Assembly (NCBI GenBank): GCA_965223545.1
Contig: OZ245006.1
Span: 6,400,001 to 6,464,000, forward strand
Length of the DNA stretch: 64,000 bases
Source: Planctomycetota bacterium
GTDB taxonomy: Bacteria > Planctomycetota > UBA1135 > UBA2386
Direction of reading: 5' to 3'
Shown: positions 19,692-27,675 of the stretch, piece by piece
Numbering within the stretch: position 1 is the stretch's first letter
Layout: each line of letters begins with the position of its first letter
Notes under the pieces: generated by a model
The model's database searches: none
Told to the model about the DNA's origin: nothing
The model's input: only the letters and a program-made list of their open reading frames with translations
Position numbers and translations under genes: made by a program

Positions 19692-20657
19692 TCAGATGCC
19701 GCGGTGCATCCACCAATCGACAGCGCCGAACCAAAGACGCGATAGCCCCTTGCGGAAGCGTTCCGAGTTCCCGCCGAGGTACATTCCACGGGCTGCCCAC
19801 AGCGCGTAGCCGGCGGCCCAATGCAACAGGGCTTGCTCCTCGTCTCGGGGAAGACCCAAGGAGTGCACGACGCGCGCGTACTCGGTGCGGGCCCAGGCGA
19901 CGTTTTCGCGGTAGTGCCGGAAGGTGGGCACCAAGTGAACTCCGAACAGCGCGCGCAGATTCTGGTGATCGCAGAAGATCCGCTTGCCCTCGGCGATCGG
20001 TGTTCGGTTGTGCGAATGGATGACCGCACTGCGCGGCTCGAACACGATGCGGTGGCCGCCGAGGATCAGGCGCTTGCCGAACGCGACGTCCTCGCCGAAA
20101 CGCCGATGGCCAAAGGGGTGCCGTTGCCATGCCGCGCGGCGCACGCTGCCGGCGACGTTGTCGTAGGCGCACCGCTGCAGGCGTTGCATCGGCTCCAGGG
20201 TGGCGAACTCCGCTTCGCTGGCGGGCTCTTGGACGGCGGGCTCGGTCTTGCCGGCGGTCCATTCAGCCAGCCGCTTCGCGATGAACGGATTGCAGTCCGG
20301 GCGGGGAATCTGCCGGCAGTAGGCCGCACCGACGGCGGCATCGTCGTATGCGGCGAGCAGCCGCGATAGCCATTGGTCGTCGGCAGGCGTGGCGTCCTGA
20401 GTCAGCAGCACGATGACGTCACCGCGCGTGCTGGCGATGGCCTGGTCCCGGGTGGCGCCGTGGTTGAACTCCGCTTGGTCGATCACGGTCACCGAAAAGC
20501 CGTGCCGCTGCAGGCACTCGACGGTGCCGTCGGTCGAGCCGCTGTCGATGGCGACCCGCTCGAGCTGCTGCGCGCCGGGCTGGCGATCGACGGCGGCAAG
20601 CACTTCGCCCAGCAGCGGCATGCCGTTGAGGGTGGGGATGACGAGGCTTGCCTGCAC
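19692..20657 (-). CDS. Glycosyltransferase family 2 (rhamnosyltransferase-like)
   Basis: VIPTLNG, DSGSTDGT, FNHGATR, LTQDA and HSHN motifs. Confidence 0.88.
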   Translation of the reverse strand: MQASLVIPTLNGMPLLGEVLAAVDRQPGAQQLERVAIDSGSTDGTVECLQRHGFSVTVIDQAEFNHGATRDQAIASTRGDVIVLLTQDATPADDQWLSRLLAAYDDAAVGAAYCRQIPRPDCNPFIAKRLAEWTAGKTEPAVQEPASEAEFATLEPMQRLQRCAYDNVAGSVRRAAWQRHPFGHRRFGEDVAFGKRLILGGHRIVFEPRSAVIHSHNRTPIAEGKRIFCDHQNLRALFGVHLVPTFRHYRENVAWARTEYARVVHSLGLPRDEEQALLHWAAGYALWAARGMYLGGNSERFRKGLSRLWFGAVDWWMHRGI

Positions 20658-20779
20658 GCGGTCTATCAGCGTCGCGCAAAGGCGTGCGCGACGCCAGCTT
20701 CGGCCCGTGCTCGCCACGACCGTGGTCGAGAGCTACCTTGGTCCACCGCCGCGCCGCCGCGCGGCCCGTCCGGCGACGC

Positions 20780-21985
20780 ATGCACATTCTCGTCTTGACC
20801 CCGCAGCCGGTCGACCGACTGGACCACGGCGGCCGCATCCGCACCCGGATGCTCCTCGACGCCGCGTTGACGATCGGGCGCGTGACGGTGGCCGCGCCGC
20901 GGCCCGAGGTCGACGAGGCGGGAGTCCGGGAACGCATGCGCGCGATGGGCGTGCAGGTCGAGTGGCTGCCAGCGGGGGCCGGCGTCTCGTCGTGGTCGGC
21001 CAAGGTGCGCTGCTGGGCGAGGGGTCGCAGCCAAGTGATGACGCGGCGCTGGGGCGCGGGCGCCCCGCAGGCGGTGTCCGCCTTGCTGGCTCGGGGGGTC
21101 GACCTGCTGGTCGCCGATGCGAGTCACGCGCTGCCGGCGTTGCCGGAGTCCTTGCCGGTGCCGTTGGTCGTCCAGTTCCACAACATCGAGTCGGCGGTGC
21201 TATCGCGGCGGGAAAGCGTGCGCCGCGGCCCCGCCGAGCTCTTCGTGCGCAGGATCGAAGCCCGTTGCACGCGCGCGTTGGAGAGGCGGTGGGCCGCGCG
21301 CGCGGCGGTCTGCGTGCCGGTTTCCGAGCTCGATGGGAGGCGGTTGCGGGAGGTGGAGTCGCGGGCGGTGGTCGAAGTCGTGCCCAACGCGGTCGCGGTC
21401 GAGACCCTGCCGCTGTTGCCGCCGCCGCCGCGCGGTGCGCCGCGGTTGCTGTTCGTCGGCAGCTTCGATTACCCACCCAATCGCCAGGCCGCTCTCGAGC
21501 TACTGCGCGAGCACCTGCCCGTTCTCGCCGCGTCGCATCCGGACCTCGAGGTCTGCCTCGTCGGCGAGGACCCATTCGGCGAGATCGCCGCGCACGCGTC
21601 GGCCGCCGGCGCGACCGCCACGGGCAGGGTCGATGACCTCGAGCCGTACTACCGCGCGGCCACCGCGGTCTACTTGCCGATCCGGTCGGGCGGTGGGACG
21701 CGGATCAAAGTGCTCGAGGCGATGGCCCACGGTCGGCCGGTGCTGTCGACGGCGGTGGGGGTCGAGGGCTTGGACTTGGCGCCGGACCGTCACTACTTGC
21801 GTTTCGAGCGCCCCGCCGAGGGGGTCGCGGCGGTCGACGCGCTGCTGCGCGACGGCGTCGCCGACATGGTCGAGCGCTGCCGTCAGCTGGTCTGTCGCGA
21901 CTTCGACCAGAGGGTCGTGGTCCCGCGGCTCGCCACCATTCTGCGCCGTGCCGTAGAGGGCGGCGTGCACCAGCGGGAGCGGTGA
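20780..21985 (+). CDS. Glycosyltransferase family 4
   Basis: HNIES, FVGSFDYPPN and GGGTRIKVLEAMA motifs. Confidence 0.88.
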   Translation: MHILVLTPQPVDRLDHGGRIRTRMLLDAALTIGRVTVAAPRPEVDEAGVRERMRAMGVQVEWLPAGAGVSSWSAKVRCWARGRSQVMTRRWGAGAPQAVSALLARGVDLLVADASHALPALPESLPVPLVVQFHNIESAVLSRRESVRRGPAELFVRRIEARCTRALERRWAARAAVCVPVSELDGRRLREVESRAVVEVVPNAVAVETLPLLPPPPRGAPRLLFVGSFDYPPNRQAALELLREHLPVLAASHPDLEVCLVGEDPFGEIAAHASAAGATATGRVDDLEPYYRAATAVYLPIRSGGGTRIKVLEAMAHGRPVLSTAVGVEGLDLAPDRHYLRFERPAEGVAAVDALLRDGVADMVERCRQLVCRDFDQRVVVPRLATILRRAVEGGVHQRER

Positions 21986-22185
21986 CTCAGCGCGGCCGAG
22001 GCCGCAACCAACTCGGAGCATTCCGCGACCCGAGCGTCGGTCGCGGGTCCCGCGGTCGCCGGCGGCCGCCCTGAGCCCAGAGGCCAGTGTTGTCTTCGAG
22101 CCTCCGGGAGCTGCGTTGTCGAAGTTCCAGCGACATCGAGCCTTCCGAAAGGTTGTCGCCGCGCGAAGATTTGCGGACCCTGAGG
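21986..22185. repeat. Degenerate copy (200 bp) of the 195-bp palindromic repeat
   Basis: Starts CTCAGCGCGGCCGAGGCCGCAAC and shares CTGAGCC, GAGCCTCCGG and GTTGTCG blocks with 37271-37859. Confidence 0.75.
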
Positions 22186-22234
22186 CTCAGCGCGGCCGAG
22201 GCCGCAACGGTATGTGTGGTTCCATGATCTGCGA

Positions 22235-22565
22235 AGCTAGAGTTCTCCACACCCGTCGCGCCGTAGCGGTGTGGAAGACTCGCGCGATGGTGCAGCCGCA
22301 GGAGTCGTGTCGGGAGTCTGGTCATCGGCCGCAAGAGAGCTTAGGGTCCCCCGGCGTGCGACGGAGAGGTTTCGCGATCTGCCGCAATGGTGGCGCTTCG
22401 AGCGGCCCCTCATTTGGTTCTGCGACTCTCCTCCCGCGTGGGGGACCCGATTTAGGAGATTGGCGGCGTGAGAAATCACGGCCCCGAAACACGAACCGTT
22501 TTGGCGACTCGCCTCCTCAGGCGGACTGCGCGGGTAGGGAGAGTCCTCTCGTCGACACTCACTCG
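22235..22565 (+). ncRNA. Candidate bridge RNA (ends approximate)
   Basis: Nested stems including GGGTCCCCC 22344-22352 / GGGGGACCC 22440-22448. Loop segments match target left (22381-22388), target right (22413-22419), donor left (22452-22460) and donor right (22489-22499). Confidence 0.82.
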
Positions 22566-22582
22566 TTGAACATGGAGGGGAC

Positions 22583-24085
22583 ATGAATCGATTCGTTGGA
22601 TTGGATCTCGGCTTGAGGAGCAAGCACCGAGCCGTCGTTCTGGATGGTGCGAAGTCTCGGGGCAGACCGTTTTCAGTCGAGAACAGCCGTGAGGGTATTG
22701 ACCTTCTGCTGCGCCGTGCACAGGAAGGTGCCGAGGGTCCGGTGAGCTTCGTGATGGAACCAACGGGGTTGGCGTGGCTGCCCATCGCGGCGCACGTGAA
22801 CGCCGCAGGGTTCCAGATCTACGTGAGCAAACCACAGAAGCTGAGCGACCTGCGGAAGTTCTATAGCAAGCACACCAAAACCGACGTAGTAGACGCCGAG
22901 GCCGCTGCGCGTCTGCCGCAGATGGATCCAAAGGGCGTCCACCAGCTGCGTGTTCCAACTGCCGACGAGACGACGATCCGTCGACTCGTGAAGCGGCGTG
23001 AGCGGTTGGCGCGCGAGCTCAGCGACCACAAGCGTCGTGTGCACGCGATACTGGTACTGGCGAATCCCAGCCTCATGAAGGCCTTGGGGGCAGAGAAGTT
23101 CAGTGCCGCTAAGATGGGGTTTCTGCGGCGCTACGTCGATCCGGTGAAAGCGGTCGGCCTTGGGAAGAGTCGCTTGGAGCGCTTCTTGACGAAGCGATCC
23201 AAGGGAACGCATGACCCGTGCTTGGTCGACCGCGTGCTCGAGTCCTGCCGACAGGCCGCCGAGTACTACGCTGAGCTGCGAGCTGCGGGGCAGATGCCGT
23301 TCGACTACGAGGCCATCCAAGAGGATGTGGTGTACGAGCTGGATGAGATCGAGCGCAAGAACACGGACGTTCGCAAGCTCGACGCAAAGATCAAGAAGCT
23401 CTACCTGGGCGTCGATCCTGACCGAACACTCGAGCAACTGCGCGGCGTCGGTCCCACGATCGCTGCGGCCATCGAAGCCTTGGTAGGCGACATCGCGCGG
23501 TTCTCGAACGGCAAGAAGTTCGTGAGCTACTGCGGACTGTGTCCACGCCGGAAGCAGACGGGCATGAGCGACCCCTCGATGCCAATCACCAAAACCGGCC
23601 AACGAGTACTCAAGAAGTACCTCTACCTAGCAGCTGACGTCGCTCGCCAGTGGGATCCGGATTTCGCGGCGTACTACGCTCGCCGCTACGCCGCAGGTGA
23701 TCACCACAACCTCATCCTCATCGCATTGGCTGGCAAGATGGCGCGCCGCGTCTACGCCCTCCTGAAGCGTCGCGACAGCCAGCGCGCCGATGACAAGCCG
23801 GCGTCGACGCAAGTCCGCTACGTCCTGCGAGACGCCGACGGCAACGAGCTCACGAAGGTTGCCGCGCGCGCGCTCATCGCAGCCAAGTTCACGCGCAGCA
23901 TCGTCGCGCCACAGCGGCATGAGCGCGACCAACGGCGACAGGGACGAGTGGGGACTCCGACGACGAGGGACTTGAGTGGCCGCCCAATGGACGCCACAGG
24001 CCTGGCCGTGGAATCCCCACGTCAACCTCACCCGATCGGTGATCTCATGCAAGAACACTTCCCTGGTCTTGTGGAAGAGTCCTGA
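22583..24085 (+). CDS. IS110-family recombinase/transposase (DEDD RuvC-like plus Tnp20 domain), 500 aa
   Basis: GLD8, ME59PTG, KTD101VVD104A, LRGVGP and GLCPRRKQTG motifs. RBS GGAGGGG upstream. Confidence 0.95.
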   Translation: MNRFVGLDLGLRSKHRAVVLDGAKSRGRPFSVENSREGIDLLLRRAQEGAEGPVSFVMEPTGLAWLPIAAHVNAAGFQIYVSKPQKLSDLRKFYSKHTKTDVVDAEAAARLPQMDPKGVHQLRVPTADETTIRRLVKRRERLARELSDHKRRVHAILVLANPSLMKALGAEKFSAAKMGFLRRYVDPVKAVGLGKSRLERFLTKRSKGTHDPCLVDRVLESCRQAAEYYAELRAAGQMPFDYEAIQEDVVYELDEIERKNTDVRKLDAKIKKLYLGVDPDRTLEQLRGVGPTIAAAIEALVGDIARFSNGKKFVSYCGLCPRRKQTGMSDPSMPITKTGQRVLKKYLYLAADVARQWDPDFAAYYARRYAAGDHHNLILIALAGKMARRVYALLKRRDSQRADDKPASTQVRYVLRDADGNELTKVAARALIAAKFTRSIVAPQRHERDQRRQGRVGTPTTRDLSGRPMDATGLAVESPRQPHPIGDLMQEHFPGLVEES

Positions 24086-24127
24086 ACAAGCCGTGCACAC
24101 GCGATGTCGAGCCCCAGCGAAAACCCC

Positions 24128-24133
24128 TTGACA
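24128..24133 (+). promoter_or_regulatory. -35 hexamer in the IS right end (half of the circle-junction promoter)
   Basis: Perfect TTGACA. In the circle it lies 17 nt before TATGTG (22211-22216). Confidence 0.7.
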
Positions 24134-24325
24134 TGACTTAGGAGATATCAAACACGGATGCCGCTCTTGCCGGAGCGGCTTGGAAGGTCCGACCCATCCG
24201 CCGCCGCGCTGAGCCCGGAGGCACTGTCTCTCGGAGCCTCCGGCGCGGCGGCGACGTTGCCATGTCGGCGGCGTCGCCTCGAGAATGTTGTCGAAGCTCG
24301 ACGGTTCGAGGCGCCGGAGGCTCAC

Positions 24326-24451
24326 TCAGCCTTCGGTTGGTCGGCGCACCTGACGCAGCGCGTACCAGCAGACCAGGTAGACGGCGCCGAGCGGCCGCCC
24401 GATGCGCCGCGCGATCCAGCGGACGTAGCGTTCGAGCGGCAATCGCCTCAC
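24326..24451 (-). CDS. 41-aa small basic/hydrophobic protein (MRRLPLERYVRWIARRIGRPLGAVYLVCWYALRQVRRPTEG)
   Basis: GTG start overlaps the upstream TGA (GTGA). GGAGG RBS lies 7 nt upstream. Too short for the supplied ORF track. Confidence 0.6.
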   Translation of the reverse strand: MRRLPLERYVRWIARRIGRPLGAVYLVCWYALRQVRRPTEG

Positions 24452-26082
24452 GCCGATTCCTCCGCCGCGGCGCGGCACAACGCGGCGACGGCCTCGCGGT
24501 CGTCGGGGGCGCCGACCGCGCAGCGGAGTCGCGGTCGCAGCGCCGCGATCGTCTTGGCCTCGCGCTCGCGCGCGCAGAGCACGCCGCCGAGCCGCGCCGT
24601 CAGGCCTCGCCAGAAGTGCAGCTCGCGCATGTTTTCCAGACTCGCCTCGGGCTCATCGAGCGCCGGCAAGACCAACAGGCAGCTCTCGTCGATCAGCGGT
24701 CGGGGCGCGCAGGCCAACGCCCACGGGTCGCGGAAAACGACCGCGTCGTAGTCGGTCTCGCGAAGGGCGTCCCGCACGCGTTCGGTGGCGAGGACGTCCC
24801 CGGTCGCGCCCCAGTAGCGGCGTGGAACGAGGCCGAACACGTCTTGCGTCGGCGGCTCCGCCCTGCTGGTCAGCGGGATGGTGTGTTCGATCCAGACCGT
24901 ATCGTCGGGGGCCGGCGTCGGCTCCGGCTCGTCGCAGCCGACGGACAGGATGCGCAGTGGTTGCCGCAGCCGTGGATCGATCGTTCGGCGGTGACGGCTG
25001 ACGTGGTTGGCGACCCGCAACACCTCGCGGTCGCTGCGGGCGTGGTGGATCCGGCTGCGCGTGCGCGCCCACCACGCGCGCGGCAGGCGGGGCAGCGTCG
25101 CCAGCAGCGCCGCGGCTTGGTCCCGCGCGGACAGCTGGGCGCGGTCCTTGAGCAGGTTCCACGGCAGCAGCAGCGCGCGCCGCAGCACCATGTCGGGCGC
25201 GGTGACACTGCGCCAGAAGAGGAGCTCGCGGTTGCGGCGGTCCAGCCGTCGCACGCGCTGGCGTCCCAGCACGGAGACCGTGGTGCCTTGAAAGCCGTGA
25301 TGGGCGATGGCGCCGGGTTCGTACAGCACGCGCCATCCGCGTCGCCATGCTTGGTAGGACAGGCTCATGTCCTCGACGTAGCACGGGTGGTACAGATCCT
25401 CGAAGCCACCGAGCGCCAGATATTTCGCCCGGTCGAACGCGCTGCTGCCGCCGCCGGCCCACATCGCCGGCACCAGGTCCGTCGCCTGGTGCTGCACCTG
25501 GACTTGGTGGATCGCGCCGGCGCGAAACTCCGCGCGGGTCAGACCGGTCTCGAAGCGCGTGCCGTCCATCTCGATGCGGGCGGTTACCGCGAACACGTCG
25601 TTGGCACCGAACCGGGCGAGCAACCGCCGCAGGAAGTCCCGTTCGACGCGCATGTCGTTGTTGACGAACACGAGGATGTCTCGGGTCGCCGCCTCGACGC
25701 CGGCGCGGTTGCCGCGGATGAAGTAGCGGTTGGTGTCGAGCTCGACGAGCCGCACACCTTCGTGCGCGCGCACGACGTCGCAGGACTCGTCCTCGCTGCC
25801 GTTGTCGACCACGATGATCTCGTGGTCCCCCGGCGTCGCATCCACCGCCTCCTGCAGCGGTGGCAGGATGGCCCGCAGGTAGGCGGCGCGGTTGTAGTTG
25901 AGGACGATCACCGACGCGTTGTGCGCCGGGGGCTCCGGCGCGGGGCGCTGCCGCGCGCGCAGCATTCCGACGACCGGCGTCGCGATGAGATCGAGGACCA
26001 GGGTGACTGCGGCGACGGCCCAGCCGTAGAGCGCGACCGGCGGAATCAGCACCAGTCCCAGTGCTGCCCGCACGCGCTTCAA
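24448..26082 (-). CDS. Glycosyltransferase family 2 with N-terminal TM segment and C-terminal extension
   Basis: VIVLNYN, VVDNGSED, FVNND and YVEDMSL motifs. TTGA overlap start. Confidence 0.85.
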   Translation of the reverse strand: MKRVRAALGLVLIPPVALYGWAVAAVTLVLDLIATPVVGMLRARQRPAPEPPAHNASVIVLNYNRAAYLRAILPPLQEAVDATPGDHEIIVVDNGSEDESCDVVRAHEGVRLVELDTNRYFIRGNRAGVEAATRDILVFVNNDMRVERDFLRRLLARFGANDVFAVTARIEMDGTRFETGLTRAEFRAGAIHQVQVQHQATDLVPAMWAGGGSSAFDRAKYLALGGFEDLYHPCYVEDMSLSYQAWRRGWRVLYEPGAIAHHGFQGTTVSVLGRQRVRRLDRRNRELLFWRSVTAPDMVLRRALLLPWNLLKDRAQLSARDQAAALLATLPRLPRAWWARTRSRIHHARSDREVLRVANHVSRHRRTIDPRLRQPLRILSVGCDEPEPTPAPDDTVWIEHTIPLTSRAEPPTQDVFGLVPRRYWGATGDVLATERVRDALRETDYDAVVFRDPWALACAPRPLIDESCLLVLPALDEPEASLENMRELHFWRGLTARLGGVLCAREREAKTIAALRPRLRCAVGAPDDREAVAALCRAAAEESA

Positions 26083-26309
26083 CCCGCCGGCTCGTCCTTG
26101 AGCTTGGCCAGCTCGGCCTTCGCCGCGGCTAGCTGCTCGAGCACAGCCAGACCCTGCGCCGCCATGGCGTCGATGCGTGGCTGCTGCGCCTCGCGCTGTT
26201 CGCGCGCGGCCAGGGCTGTGCACAACGCCGCGAGCTGCTGCTCGATGCGGTCGAGCTGCGCTTGCATGGCGTCCAGGCGTTGTTCGAAGCGAGCGATGCG
26301 GAAGACCAC
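26079..26309 (-). CDS. Small coiled-coil hypothetical protein
   Basis: Heptad-like EQRLDAMQAQLDRIEQQL. It fills the operon gap and its stop overlaps the next start. Start uncertain. Confidence 0.55.
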   Translation of the reverse strand: MVFRIARFEQRLDAMQAQLDRIEQQLAALCTALAAREQREAQQPRIDAMAAQGLAVLEQLAAAKAELAKLKDEPAG

Positions 26310-26331
26310 CAGACTGCGAAGGGGCGTGAAG

Positions 26332-27675
26332 TTAGCGTTCGGCCGCGTCGGGCACCACGTGTGAACCGCCGCCGGCGTAGACGGCGGCGAAGCGATCGTA
26401 GTTGCCGCTGATTCGGCCGGCAGGAAGTGGGCGAAGGCGGGCGAGGCGGCTCGGGTCGGCCAAGCAGCGGCGCAGCACCTCGCGCAGCGCGGCGGCATTG
26501 CCGGCCTCGAACAGATAGCCGTTCTCGCCCTCGCGGATCAGCTCGGACATGCCGCCGAGATCGGATGCCAGGACGGGCACACCGGCCTCGAAGGCCTCGA
26601 GGATCACGAAGGGCGTGTTCTCGTACCAGGTCGACGGAACGATCAGCAGGTCGGTGTCGGCGAGGACGGCGCTGATGCGGTCGCGGTCGAACGGGCCGGG
26701 GAACGCGATGCGCGCATCGCTCGCCGCCCGCTCCCGCATCTGCGCGATGTAGTCGGCGAACATCGGCTCTTCGGTGCGACCGTGGACTTGCAGCCGCAGG
26801 TCTCCCGCCAGCTCGCGCACCGCGTCGACGACGAGGTGGGGGGCCTTCCAGGGCGACAGCACCCCGGCGAACGCGAGCCGCAGCGGGGTGCGCGGCCGCT
26901 CCACCTCGACGCGCTGCACCCGGCCCGGCTCGAGCCCGTAGGGCTCGACCTGTAGCCGCTCGCGCGGCACACCGTTGCGGGCGAACATGTCGGCGAGGAA
27001 GCGGGACGGGGCAAAGACGGCGTCGGCCAGGGCCAGCCGTCGCAGCTGGATCTCGCGCCGATGCACGAGTGCTGCCAGCTGTTCCGGCTTGTGCCAACTC
27101 GGTCGGCCCTGCCCGCGCGCCTTCGCCAGCTGCAAGGCGAGCGCGGCGTGGCCCTCCGGCACCGCTGCGCCGAGGTGCGGATAGTGGCACGGGACGCAGC
27201 CGAGGCCGCCGTCGGGAGGCCCTTCGCACAGCGTGCCGTCACTGCGCAGCAGAGTGAAGCGCGGGCACACGTACCAGAAGTCCATCAGGTGCACGGCCGT
27301 GCGCACGCCGTGGTCGCGGGCGGTCTCGATCCAGTCGGAGCCGAGGTTGCGCAAGTGGAAGAAGTGCACGGCGTCGGGGCGCAGCGACTCGAGCACGGAG
27401 CCGAACTTCGCCGCGAGCAGCGGGTTGTCGTAGTCGCGCAGCACTTCGTTGGGAGCCAGGCCCCACCAGTAGCGCAGCCGCAGCACCGGGGTGCCGTCAT
27501 AGCTCTCTTCCCGCAGCTCGAGCGGTGGGTTGTCACAGCCGAGGTCGGGGTCCAAGGCGAGCACCGTCACCTCGTCGCCCCGCCGCCGCGCCTCTCGCGA
27601 CACGGCCAGCACGTACTGCTCGGTGCCCGAAAAACACTCCGGGAAGTACTGGTGGACGACGTAGAGCAGCTTCAC
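26332..27675 (-). CDS. Glycosyltransferase family 4
   Basis: HQYFPE..SGTE, DFWYVCPR and PSTWYENTPFVILEA motifs. Confidence 0.9.
   Translation of the reverse strand: MKLLYVVHQYFPECFSGTEQYVLAVSREARRRGDEVTVLALDPDLGCDNPPLELREESYDGTPVLRLRYWWGLAPNEVLRDYDNPLLAAKFGSVLESLRPDAVHFFHLRNLGSDWIETARDHGVRTAVHLMDFWYVCPRFTLLRSDGTLCEGPPDGGLGCVPCHYPHLGAAVPEGHAALALQLAKARGQGRPSWHKPEQLAALVHRREIQLRRLALADAVFAPSRFLADMFARNGVPRERLQVEPYGLEPGRVQRVEVERPRTPLRLAFAGVLSPWKAPHLVVDAVRELAGDLRLQVHGRTEEPMFADYIAQMRERAASDARIAFPGPFDRDRISAVLADTDLLIVPSTWYENTPFVILEAFEAGVPVLASDLGGMSELIREGENGYLFEAGNAAALREVLRRCLADPSRLARLRPLPAGRISGNYDRFAAVYAGGGSHVVPDAAER

Larger units (their letters stand above)
22208..24147 (+). mobile_element. Complete IS110-family element (~1940 bp) with long left end, short right end, no terminal inverted repeats and no target duplication
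   Basis: Boundaries (+/-1 nt) are defined by the interrupted repeat. It encodes an IS110 recombinase and is visibly lower in GC than the flanks. Confidence 0.92.
22186..24324. repeat. 195-bp repeat copy split by the IS110 insertion (22186-22207 plus 24148-24320)
   Basis: Removing the element rebuilds exactly 195 bp, colinear with the units at 37271-37855. Confidence 0.9.

Noticed and set aside
22487..22493. AAACACG identical to the right target flank (24150-24156) as an extra guide
   Set aside because: It is in the wrong orientation for a right-target guide and overlaps the donor-right guide, so it is probably coincidental.
22208..24147. IS1111-type organisation with sub-terminal inverted repeats
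   Set aside because: No such repeats were seen and the long non-coding end is 5' of the gene, matching the IS110 subgroup.
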